From: Naegleria gruberi
Taxonomy: Eukaryota
Length of the DNA stretch: 64,000 nt
Strand: one strand, 5' to 3'
Assembly (NCBI GenBank): GCA_000004985.1
Contig: GG738874.1
The notes beneath the pieces are model-generated. The model ran no database searches. It had not been told where the DNA came from and was given only the letters and a program-made list of their open reading frames with translations. Shown piece after piece: positions 39,792-49,250 of the stretch. Within the stretch, counting starts at the first letter, position 1. Each line of letters opens with the position of its first letter. Made by a program: the position numbers and the translations under genes.

Positions 39792-41060
39792 TTAGTAACC
39801 AAAATCATCCATTCCATCATCGTCTTCTTCCTCTTCTTCATCATCCCATTCTTCTTCTTCATCATCTGGGTAGCCATAAATATCATTGTAATTGTAGTTA
39901 TTTTGTCTGTGGTGTTCATCCTCTCCTTCTTCACTGTCTTCATCATCTGGATACTCATTGTTTGGATTGCCAGATGCATTGGAATCTTCAGAATCATATT
40001 CATCATCTTGAGCAAAACCATACTCATCCTCCAAATTACTTTCAAGCCATAATTGATCATCAAATCTTTCAAATCTCAATACATTTTGTTGATCTTCATA
40101 ATTTTCAGAGTCAATATCATCCATCTTTGTACATGTTTCAACAGTATAGTAATCAACTTCAAATTCATTATCACAAATATTTTGCATTGATTCAGTGGCT
40201 CCCTTTCCATAAATTTCATCCAACATGGAAGCATAATTTGACAAGTCAACCTTTTCTTCCTTTTTCTCTGTTTGTTCTCCAGATAAAACTTGCAATTCCA
40301 CAATTTGCTTATTTCCTTCATTTCTCATCTCACTAATTCTCAACATTCTCTTCTTCTTCATGTCACTTTCATGAGCTTTAGTTCTCTCAGTAGTTTTAGC
40401 TTTAATATTTGTGACTTGTTTGAGTGAAGATTGTTCCGAAAGCTTTGTCTTTTCTTCCACCACTTTCTTTTCACTCTTCACAATGGTAAATTTATAGAGT
40501 GAGAATGATGGCTCCAGAGAAAAGGATGAAGAATCCTTCTTCTTATTCAATGAAGTAGAAGCAAATTGCTTCTCCAAATCAGACATTTTAGTCTTTTTCG
40601 ATTGTTGAATAGATGGAATGTAAAATGTTTCCAAAGGTTCTTCATTTCTCTTTCTCTTGACACAAAACACCTTTGTTGCAGATGCACTCTTACTCTTTTC
40701 ATCAATTTCTTCAATGAGAGGTTGATCCTTCTTCTTAGTTGCTTTAGCCTTGATTGATGGCTTCTTTTGTTGAGGAACAGAGAAGGGTGTTGGTTGAGCA
40801 TAATTAATCTCCTCTCTATATTTCAACCAGAAGGACATATCATCAAGTGTGAGTCCTTTAGGTAAATTGGTAAATGTCTTTTGTTCCGATGGTTTTGTTG
40901 ATGCGGTAACTCCCAATGATTTGTCCATGTCATCAAATTGATTATTTAAAGCCTTTGCTTTTTGTTCAAAATTACTAGTACTTGATGGAGCATCTGATGA
41001 TGATGATGGTGCACTATTAGAATTGATACCCGAAGATTGTGCTGATGATGAAGGTAACAT
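39792..41060 (-). CDS. IWR1: Iwr1 / SLC7A6OS-like protein (RNA polymerase II nuclear import factor)
   Basis: ORF with ATG at 41060. N-terminal KVFCVKRKRNEEPLETFYI aligns to SLC7A6OS VLRVKRKRSAEPAEALVL. C-terminal EVDYYTVE...DEYGFAQDDEYDSEDSNASGNPNNEYPDDEDSEE matches the Iwr1 motif DDYVYDIYYLE...[23 protein letters not shown]. Confidence 0.65.
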   Translation of the reverse strand: MLPSSSAQSSGINSNSAPSSSSDAPSSTSNFEQKAKALNNQFDDMDKSLGVTASTKPSEQKTFTNLPKGLTLDDMSFWLKYREEINYAQPTPFSVPQQKKPSIKAKATKKKDQPLIEEIDEKSKSASATKVFCVKRKRNEEPLETFYIPSIQQSKKTKMSDLEKQFASTSLNKKKDSSSFSLEPSFSLYKFTIVKSEKKVVEEKTKLSEQSSLKQVTNIKAKTTERTKAHESDMKKKRMLRISEMRNEGNKQIVELQVLSGEQTEKKEEKVDLSNYASMLDEIYGKGATESMQNICDNEFEVDYYTVETCTKMDDIDSENYEDQQNVLRFERFDDQLWLESNLEDEYGFAQDDEYDSEDSNASGNPNNEYPDDEDSEEGEDEHHRQNNYNYNDIYGYPDDEEEEWDDEEEEEDDDGMDDFGY

Positions 41061-41381
41061 TTTTTTTGAATTTATAAAAATTAAATTACTTCACATACTT
41101 CATCTAGTTTAATAAATTAAGTTTAATTGAACATGAAGAAGAGTGGGAATGAGTTTAAAAAATGTATTTTTAATAAGCATTTTCAAAAAGGTTCACAATT
41201 AAAGGTGTGAACCAATTTGATTATAAGAAGAATATCAGTTGTGGTGTTGAGATGGTTTTTCATCTAGAATATTGTCAACCACGCAAATTTGTTGGACATT
41301 ATCATGCTTGTTATGTCTGTAATATTTTGAATGATATTCAAATGTGATTTCTATGGATACAGTGCAGATCAAATTGTGTCA

Positions 41382-43865
41382 CTAATCAAATAAGTTGAAT
41401 GTGTTTGATGCTCCATTGTCATTCTTCTTTCTATCTCTGAATGGGAATGGAATAAATCCAGGAGATTGATCACCAGCCAAGTGTGGAGAAGTGTGAGATG
41501 GAGGAGAGTGATGATTTGGAGTTTGTTGTGGTGGAGAATACATTGAATTACTAGTTGGATATCCAACTGGAGAAAAACCAAACGGATTATAAACAACATT
41601 AGGATTTGGCATTTGAGCAAATCCTCCCAAGAATGGCGTTCCTGGAGCAGTTCCCCAATTGGCCTGTGGATTAGAGGAAATTCCACCATTATGCCAATTT
41701 CCAAATACACTGTCATAAACAGATGGAGCATTGGATTGTTTTTGTGGTGGTGAGCTTAATAACTTGCTCATCAAATTTGACTTTTCTATTGGTGAACTTA
41801 GTCCATTATTTACAGGAGTTGAAATTCTCTGGTTGAATAATTGATCATTGATGAATGGTGAATCTACATTGTTTCTCATGAATGGCTTTTCGATATAGTC
41901 GTTTCCAGCTTGGCTTGAAATGTTAAGCTTGGAAAGTGATGAAGGACTATCATTTTTCATTTCTGGAAGGGATGTGCTGTCAGTCTTCCAAATATTACTG
42001 CCTCCTGCAGGAGTAATGAAGCCATTGGTGCTTGTTGTAGCATTGTTAGGAAGAGCAGTAAAACTCTTTGGTTCAATATGTTGATGGTCCAAAGTCATAC
42101 TGTCACTAATGTCATCCACAATAATTTCATCATTAATATCATCCAACAAGTCTCCGTTAATTACAATACTCTCGTCATCAATTTTATCGTCATCTTCAAT
42201 ATCATCTTCAAAGCTTGCTGTTGAGAAGGCTCTGTCATATTCTCTGTAATAAAAACTGATAATCTTGTCATTGATGAGTTCATTCATTTGCTTTTGGAAT
42301 ATCTTGTTCAATGATTGTTTCACATTGGAGTTTTCATTTCTAGTTGAAAAGGTTCCAAGATTACCATTCAATGGATTGTATCCTAGAATGTCGTGATAAA
42401 ATCCATTTTCTCCATCATCAGCAAGTCTTTGATCATCGACAATTTTAGCATATAAGAAGCAAAGGTTATTGCACAATGCTTCATTATCATAGAGGTAGAT
42501 TTTTCTATTTTGAAGGAAATATTCAATGTAGAGTACCAATGAATTGTAAATATCAAAATTCCTAATAGAATCAGATTCATAAAGATCTGAATAGTGGGAG
42601 ATGAGCTTGGCAAAGAAAGCTTCGTTGAAAATCTTACTATAATTATTGGAATTTTGTTGATCCACAAACAAGTTCATGATTGTTGCTTTGAAAAAGTAGG
42701 AGCTGTCATTTTCAGGAACTTCTGCAAAAATTTCCTCAATAATATTCAAATTATCATCATCCAATTCTTCAATAGTAGATTGAGATTGGAATAACTTTCC
42801 ATGGAGAGTTAAAAGTTTGAAACTAGGTTTTCCTTTCATCTTTGGAACGTTATTCTTGAAAAGAAGAATAATATTATCTCTAGCAGATTTGAATGGTCTG
42901 TGAATACAGCTCAAACTTCTATAATATCTATAGATGGCCAAAAAGTAGTCATTTTGATAGGTGGAAATTACAGCCAATTGATTCCAAGCATTGCCGAAAT
43001 TGTAAGATAATTGAACGGCTTTCTTGTAGTACTTTTCACTCTTTGAAAAGTCCATATTCTTAGCATTTAGCAAGGTTTTATATCTGAACAAGTCACCTCG
43101 TTGGAGAAGAACTTTTTCCTTCTGGAATAGTTCCGAAATCTTTTTATAAAACTCCTTATACTCCAAAATACTATCATTAAGAAACTTGATGTATAGATCC
43201 TTTCTCTCCTTCAATACAGGGTTTCTTCTGAATAATTCAATCAATTTGTAATAAAAAGTTTTCCAAATTTGCAAAATCAAATCATACTTCTTGTCATACT
43301 CTGTATCGGAGAGTGCAATATTTTGATATTGTTGAATACAAGTTGAACGAAGAGAACAAAAGTCTTGTGGTTCTCTTTCTCCGCTAAGACTTTTAATTAC
43401 ATTAGGGATCTTTCCTTCATCTGAGAGGAATGCCAAGTATTGTTCCTCATGTTTTTTAACTAGGGAGCATTGAAGTTTAGTTGATTTTTCATTGCTTGGT
43501 TTCGGAGTTGGATTTGATGGATTTTTCAATAACTGTGGAACAGCAGTTACATTGTTTGTTCTAGTTGATGATGTTGTTGTAGTTACATTATTAGGTATCA
43601 TCATAATATTTCCGCGTTGTTGCTGTTGATTATTTGTACTAGATGATGTTGCTCTACCGTTTGATGGATGACCACTAGTGGTTGTTGTTGTTGCTGGTTT
43701 TTCTTGTTGTTGGGCAGTTGTTTTTAGGGTGAGAGGATTTTTGTAGAATCCTTTTCCTTCCACTCCTTGTTGTATTTGTTGTGGTTTTTGCCCACCATTA
43801 TTAATACCACCATTGTTTTGCTTGTTGTTGATCATCGAACGAGGTGGATTCGTTGAGGATGACAT
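41382..43865 (-). CDS. SMG7/EST1-like 14-3-3/TPR-domain protein (nonsense-mediated decay / telomerase-associated family)
   Basis: 827-aa ORF with ATG at 43865. Q/N/T-rich N-terminus. Central block YNFGNAWNQLAVISTYQNDYFLAIYRYYRSLSCIHRPFKSARDNIILLF matches the EST1/SMG5-7 hallmark (...G.PYNQLAVL....AVYYY.RSL....PF..A..NL..LF). Acidic D/E tail. Confidence 0.6.
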   Translation of the reverse strand: MSSSTNPPRSMINNKQNNGGINNGGQKPQQIQQGVEGKGFYKNPLTLKTTAQQQEKPATTTTTSGHPSNGRATSSSTNNQQQQRGNIMMIPNNVTTTTSSTRTNNVTAVPQLLKNPSNPTPKPSNEKSTKLQCSLVKKHEEQYLAFLSDEGKIPNVIKSLSGEREPQDFCSLRSTCIQQYQNIALSDTEYDKKYDLILQIWKTFYYKLIELFRRNPVLKERKDLYIKFLNDSILEYKEFYKKISELFQKEKVLLQRGDLFRYKTLLNAKNMDFSKSEKYYKKAVQLSYNFGNAWNQLAVISTYQNDYFLAIYRYYRSLSCIHRPFKSARDNIILLFKNNVPKMKGKPSFKLLTLHGKLFQSQSTIEELDDDNLNIIEEIFAEVPENDSSYFFKATIMNLFVDQQNSNNYSKIFNEAFFAKLISHYSDLYESDSIRNFDIYNSLVLYIEYFLQNRKIYLYDNEALCNNLCFLYAKIVDDQRLADDGENGFYHDILGYNPLNGNLGTFSTRNENSNVKQSLNKIFQKQMNELINDKIISFYYREYDRAFSTASFEDDIEDDDKIDDESIVINGDLLDDINDEIIVDDISDSMTLDHQHIEPKSFTALPNNATTSTNGFITPAGGSNIWKTDSTSLPEMKNDSPSSLSKLNISSQAGNDYIEKPFMRNNVDSPFINDQLFNQRISTPVNNGLSSPIEKSNLMSKLLSSPPQKQSNAPSVYDSVFGNWHNGGISSNPQANWGTAPGTPFLGGFAQMPNPNVVYNPFGFSPVGYPTSNSMYSPPQQTPNHHSPPSHTSPHLAGDQSPGFIPFPFRDRKKNDNGASNTFNLFD

Positions 43866-43982
43866 TTTTTAATCAAATCAGCAACTTTATTAATAGAACG
43901 AAACTGCGTTAACTTTTAAGTTGTATTGTAATTTGCACACAATACCAATTTTGTTTAACACAAACATTTTACCTTGCGATTT

Positions 43983-46583
43983 TTATTTCGTTGTTTCAAT
44001 TAGGGAATGAATAACTTCTTCACAAACCAGTATCCACTCTAATTGTTCAGTTTCAGTTTGTGTCTTCATTACCAAATCTCCACGGCTGGTCTGTGTGATT
44101 GTAAAGCTCAGTTCCGTGTCTGATTTCTTAACATTTGATTTGGCTGTAAATTTAATTTCTTCTGGGTTGATAGATTTGATTGTCTTGTACACTTTCAAGT
44201 GAGGATCCATACTTCCCAACACTATCCAACGTTTTTTCCAAACATCCTTGCTTGCTTTCTGTAATTGAAAAGTTAAAATACTTGAACTAAAAAAACACTT
44301 ACCTCACTTCTGGTCATGACAAGTACATTTCCACACTTGATCATTTCGTTGGTGAGACTATCCTCTTCTTCCTCTTCATCCAGAGAGTCATTAAGATTTT
44401 GTTGATGTTTCTTGAACCCTCCCTTGATTGGAACGACAAGCTTTCCTCCTGTTTTTTGTCCTATTCCTTTAACAGTTTGATTTTGTGAGAGTTGATTCAA
44501 AATACTACCCTCCTCAAATTTAACCTCCTTGTTGTTTGTTAGGAAAACATCCAACTCATCCTTAATCATCTTACTTTGGTTTTCCAACATTTGTACATAA
44601 TCTTTCAACTCTTGAGTGGTGAAATTCATTTCCAACTCACTAACATCCTTCTCTGAAATATTAGAAAGAGACTCACTAGATGAAACAGTATCGGCTGCTT
44701 GAGATTGTTTTGGTTGCTCTGTGGATGTAGGATTTGTAATGAGTTGGTCCATATAGTCTCTAATTTCATTAGATGCAGTCTCCACTATTCCCTTAATTTC
44801 CGATCTATCTTTTTTAATTTTCATCAGCTCGTCAATTACTGTTGTCACTGCACTAGAGTACTGTCCATGGTCTTGCAAGAGTTCATCCTCAGTATTTTCA
44901 TTACTAGCTACCTGAGTGGAGAGCTTCAACTTGAGGTGTTCATTATTATTTTGTAGTTCCGTGCATTGTCTCTTATATTCAACCAGTTCTGAAATGAGAG
45001 AGGAAGTTTTTTCTCCCATTGTAATATTCAGCTGGTTTTCTCTTCCTTTCAAAATTTCCACTTCAAGTCTCAATCTCTGAATTTCATTTTCCTTGTCTTG
45101 TATCAGTTTATCCTTTTGTTGAACTTGCTTTAACAGTAAAGAGTTTGCATAGCTGAGCTTTTCATTATTATTTTTGGAAGCTTTAAATGCAGACAATTCC
45201 GATTCCAAAGACAAGTTTTGTGCTCTCAAGTCGTTAATTTCTTGCTTGGCAACTGCTAGTTGCTTTCTATATTCAGAGTCACTAGTTTCCAAATTGACTT
45301 TTGGTTTGTTTTTAATATTTTTAGCACTGTGACCAAATCTTAGGGATGAAATTGTTTCTTCCTCGTTAATTGTACTCGGTGAGCAATTGACCATGAGTGT
45401 GGTTCTTGCATTTCCTCCAAGGGCATCTTGTAAAAGTTTAGTTAGTTTACTTTCTCTGTAAGGTACGTGGGTGCTCTGCAAACGTTGTCACACCATTATA
45501 ATAAGAAAACTTACATTCTTCTCAGTTAAGGCGTTAATAACCTTAGCTAGAGTGGCAAGACTCTTATTGATTGTCTTGGCTTCCTCTAATCTCAACCCTG
45601 TGGCTTCAGTCTTGGAAACTTTTTCCTGAAAAAATATGAGAATGAGTTTTAAAAGAAATCAAAAACATACACTTCCCGCAAGATCTACAATATACAATTT
45701 GGAAACTATTTTCTGACCTTTTCTAGTGTCATGTTGTGTGACAGTTATTGAGAAGATGGTGTGACTTCTACTACTGTCTCTATTCATTTCTGATAATTGA
45801 TGATTAGATTTACAACAATAATTCAAAACTTACTAGTTGAGGAAATTTTCTTATTCTTATTACCAATTTTCATCAATCTCAATACTTCCTCCTCGCTAGA
45901 CACGTACAACTCTGAGAGATCTTCCACATAAAAGTTCTTTTCGTTAGTGTCTTCCTTTACATTTAAATTTTGTTTTGAAGCTATCATACAGAGATTATTT
46001 AATCACAATCTCACTAAACTTACGTTCGAATAAATCATACAATTTTTCCATGTAAACCTCAAAGAATGATACTTTGACTGTGAACTCTACATGGTCTGGT
46101 GACTGATCTATTGCCTCAAACAAACCACATACCATTCTTGGAGCGATACCTCTCTCATCCTAAATAATTAAATCAATGAATATCACATATGATGTATTAG
46201 AATCCACAATCCATCAATACTACAATACATACAAGTTTGTTCTTCTTCGGCAAATTCATCATGGTGTATGTTTTACCGGAACTAGTTTGACCATAAGCAA
46301 AAATCGTACAATTGTATCCCTTGATAATATCTTCAATGAGAGGTTTTCCGACCGATTCAAATACACTAGATTGACTTGCTGTAATTCCAAATACTTCATC
46401 AAAAGTAAAAGTAATACCCTTAGAGGGCAGAGTCACTGTCTCGTGATCATTAATTTCCATACAATGTCTTCCTCCTGCTTCCATCTCCAAAGTTGGTCTA
46501 AATCTACAAACAACTTGCACCCGACTCCTCGTAAAACTCTGACTCGAGGTAAGGGATGAAGAGCTAGAGCTGTGATGATACAT
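43983..46583 (-). CDS. Kinesin-1-type motor with coiled-coil stalk and C-terminal PH domain (770 aa), 7 exons: 46583..46233, 46159..46024, 45980..45834, 45789..45671, 45625..45515, 45475..44303, 44258..43983. Introns 73, 43, 44, 45, 39 and 44 nt.
   Basis: Motor: [10 protein letters not shown]-loop [15 protein letters not shown]. Exon 2 [15 protein letters not shown]...[18 protein letters not shown]. Exon 3 [36 protein letters not shown]. Exon 4 [10 protein letters not shown]...[10 protein letters not shown] (switch II DLAGSE). Exon 5 EKVSKT...[15 protein letters not shown]. Exon 6 [34 protein letters not shown] plus a 330-aa coiled coil. Exon 7 [24 protein letters not shown]...[14 protein letters not shown] is a PH fold. 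All donors GTAAGT/GTATGT, acceptors YAG. Phases consistent. Confidence 0.88.
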
Positions 46584-46756
46584 TTTTTCGAGTTTGATTT
46601 TTTTGATTTGTTAAGATGAGGCGCGTTTTGTTGTTTTTGCAGTTATATTGTTGGGTAATAAAAGTGATTCTCCATGATCATCACAATATGTAATTCAATG
46701 TGATATATCTCTGAAAGCATCTACGTAGATGTAGATTGGGTATTATCGGAATGTTG

Positions 46757-48757
46757 CTAGATAAAACTTGTCTTTTCTCTTTCCATGTTTTTAAGGTGAG
46801 AGGACCATTGTTTGGAGAGTCGTTCTTGCTGTTGATATTCTGAGGCAAGTCGATTGGCACGTTCCTCTTCACTCTCGAGGGAGGGCATTACTACAACAAA
46901 ATCAATGGATAGTATGAAACAGGCAGCTTCGGTGGCAGTTTGGAAAATGTTTCTCTTCACTCCACACGGTTCTAGAATGGTGGAGAAGGTTATCTTGTCA
47001 ATGTATTTCTTTCCATTGTTGCCACTGGTGTGATGTGGTGGCAGGAGACTCATGATGGAATTTCTTGAAAGATTGAGTCCACAATAGGTATTTCCACTTT
47101 CATGTTGTAAGGATAGTGTCTCAATAACTTTGGATGCATTGAGTCCAGCATTGTCACACAGAATGAAAACAATTTCCTCTAAAGATTTTCCAAATGATTT
47201 CATGCACTCGAGAATGGATAGGGCGTGGCTATTGGTGGTTTTGGTTGACTTGTCAAGACAATACTTGTGAAGGAGAGTTTTTAAATGCATTTCAGTGGCA
47301 CCTCCACCGAGATGGCAAATAGGTTCTCTGATAACATTTTCTAAAATACACAATGCATCGTGCATACTTCTCTTCGATTCTTCCAGAATATTTTCCTCTC
47401 CTCTGAGTACGATGGTCATTGTTTCATCATGGCCTGACTTTTTAAATCCAGACAAGATACAGTAAAAATCCTCTCCAACAGTTTTCTCCTCAAACATGGA
47501 ACATGTTCCATACAATTGTTCATTCTCATACATGGTAGAAAGATCTTCAATGGAGGAGAATATCTGACCACCCAATGACTTGACAATTGATTCAATGGTT
47601 TTAGAATCCATCTTTCCAAGTGAGGTGATTCCATTTTGTGTAAACCACTGAGTGGCAATATCTCCAGTAGTTTGTAAATTAAGAATAAGATCACACTTTG
47701 TGTTGGTAATGACGTCCAGTTGTCTCTTTAGCAAATTCCACTCTGTTTCAATAAAATTCTGATATTGGATTGGATTATTAATAACAATTCTAGCAAATTC
47801 TTTCTGGTGCTTGAGTTCCAATTCATGATTGAGGATGAGGATTTTTGGATTTTCAATTTTCTTTTGTTGTTGTTCATATCCTGCATAGTAAAAAGGTCTC
47901 CTGAAACAAATTCCCTCAATTACGAAAGAATCTTGTATTGAAGAACCAGGAATTGGGCAAAATTGAATATTCTCAATAGAGAATGCATCTCCTATTTGAG
48001 AGTTTCTTTCTTGTTGAACTGTTCTCAATTTATAGTATGAATCCACCAGTAGTGAGGCAAAAAAGGATGAATGATTTTTCAAAATCTTACTATTGAAAGG
48101 TACTCTCACAAGTTCAATCAAAATATTTCTAGTACTTTCATTCCAATCCTCCAGATTAAGATGCAGCTCAATTTCCTTCAATTCCTTCTCTACAAGTTGA
48201 TGTGCCAGCTGAAAATCAATATTAATTTCTCTCAAATTCCAAGAAAACAAACCTTATAGCTCTGTATAATAGTATGAACATTGTATCCAAGATTCAGTAA
48301 ATGTTTAGCTTGCCTCAACAAGGCACAAGCCAACAATACCACACTTGTTGTTCCTTTCACATGTCAATAAAAAATCAAGCAATGACAACCTACCATCACC
48401 CACTTGTTCATCCTGTGTCTGGCTAATATTCACCAATAATTCAATTACAGGTTCCGTACTAAATGCCCATTTGATACTCTCAACTTTTGATTGTTGTTTA
48501 TCATTTGGTCCTTTTTTAATTTTCCTTTTCAAATATTGAAGAATGGTGGCTCCATCGTTGGTGATTGTGATTTTACCACTCTCCCTCTCACAAAACAATT
48601 TATCTCTTCCGAATGGTCCATAGGTAGTTTTCAGAATGGATCCGATTTTAAGAGCAGCCTCTATATTATCTAAAACAACTTCTAATCCATTCCTTCCTCC
48701 TGCAATGGAAGATGAAGAAGCAGAAGAAGAATTTTCGGAAGTTATTGTTCTTTGCAT
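46757..48757 (-). CDS. Divergent group II chaperonin-like protein (TCP-1/CCT family fold; BBS-type chaperonin-like candidate). 2 exons: 48757..48394 and 48252..46757. Intron 48393..48253 (gtaggt...ataag, 141 nt).
   Basis: Exon 1 ...ALKIGSILKTTYGPFGRDKLF...ITITNDGATILQYL...QTQDEQVGDG matches the chaperonin equatorial N-terminus (LGPxGxDK, TNDGATIL, QDxEVGDG). After splicing (phase 1) the protein continues GLFSWNL..., so the canonical GDGTTS phosphate loop is absent. Later ICHLGGGATEMHL (GGGAxE) and C-terminal TEAACFILSIDFVV are chaperonin-like. Confidence 0.65.
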
Positions 48758-48887
48758 TTTTATTAATAATTAGAAATGAAGCACACAATATTCATAGCAA
48801 CACAAGAGTTTGTGCTTTGTTAATTTCTTCCACATTTTCATTCAACAATATAGACAACATTAGACAGTTGTAACAAAACTTGAATAA

Positions 48888-49247
48888 TTGATGATCAAAG
48901 CCTTAATGGAAAGAAGACAAACGTTTAAAAAAATGCCTTACAGAGAAGATAGTGATGACGATGATGAAGATATTGAGGAATATGAAGATGAGGATGATAG
49001 AGAGGAAGAAGAATATCATCGTCGTAAGGAAAGAGAAGAAGAGGAGGAAGAAGAACAAGATCCAATAGTTGAGGAGGACGAAGAAGAAGAGGAAGAGGAA
49101 GAGCCCGAGGAGGAAGAAGAAGAGCACCAAGAAGAGGAGGAACATGAAGAAGAAGAGCATGATGAGGAAGAGGAACATGAAGAGCATGATGAGGATGAAC
49201 ATTACGATGATGAGGAAGAGGAAGAACATAGAAGAAGAGGAGGATGA
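48888..49247 (+). CDS. Acidic poly-E/D ORF (119 aa) immediately upstream of and overlapping the Sec8 reading frame. Uncertain: either an N-terminal extension of Sec8 separated by a 1-nt frameshift, or a spurious or separate ORF in a GAA/GAG repeat.
   Basis: ATG at 48888 followed by DSDDDDEDIEEYEDEDD...(E)n. The +1 frame over the same repeat reads K/R-rich and runs into the Sec8 ORF. Confidence 0.3.
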   Translation: MMIKALMERRQTFKKMPYREDSDDDDEDIEEYEDEDDREEEEYHRRKEREEEEEEEQDPIVEEDEEEEEEEEPEEEEEEHQEEEEHEEEEHDEEEEHEEHDEDEHYDDEEEEEHRRRGG

Positions 49248-49250
49248 AAC
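48950..49250. repeat. Coding GAA/GAG/GAT trinucleotide-rich microsatellite-like tract (poly-Glu/Asp in frame 0, poly-Lys/Arg in frame +1)
   Basis: Direct reading of 48950-49250. Confidence 0.7.

Noticed and set aside
49069-49210. K/R-rich N-terminal 45 aa of ORF 49069..52764 (MRRTKKKRKRKSPRRKKK...)
   Set aside because: It is the +1 reading of the GAA/GAG acidic repeat and starts at a TTG in the track. Sec8 homology only begins after about 49250, so this basic segment is probably a frame artefact rather than a real NLS-like extension.
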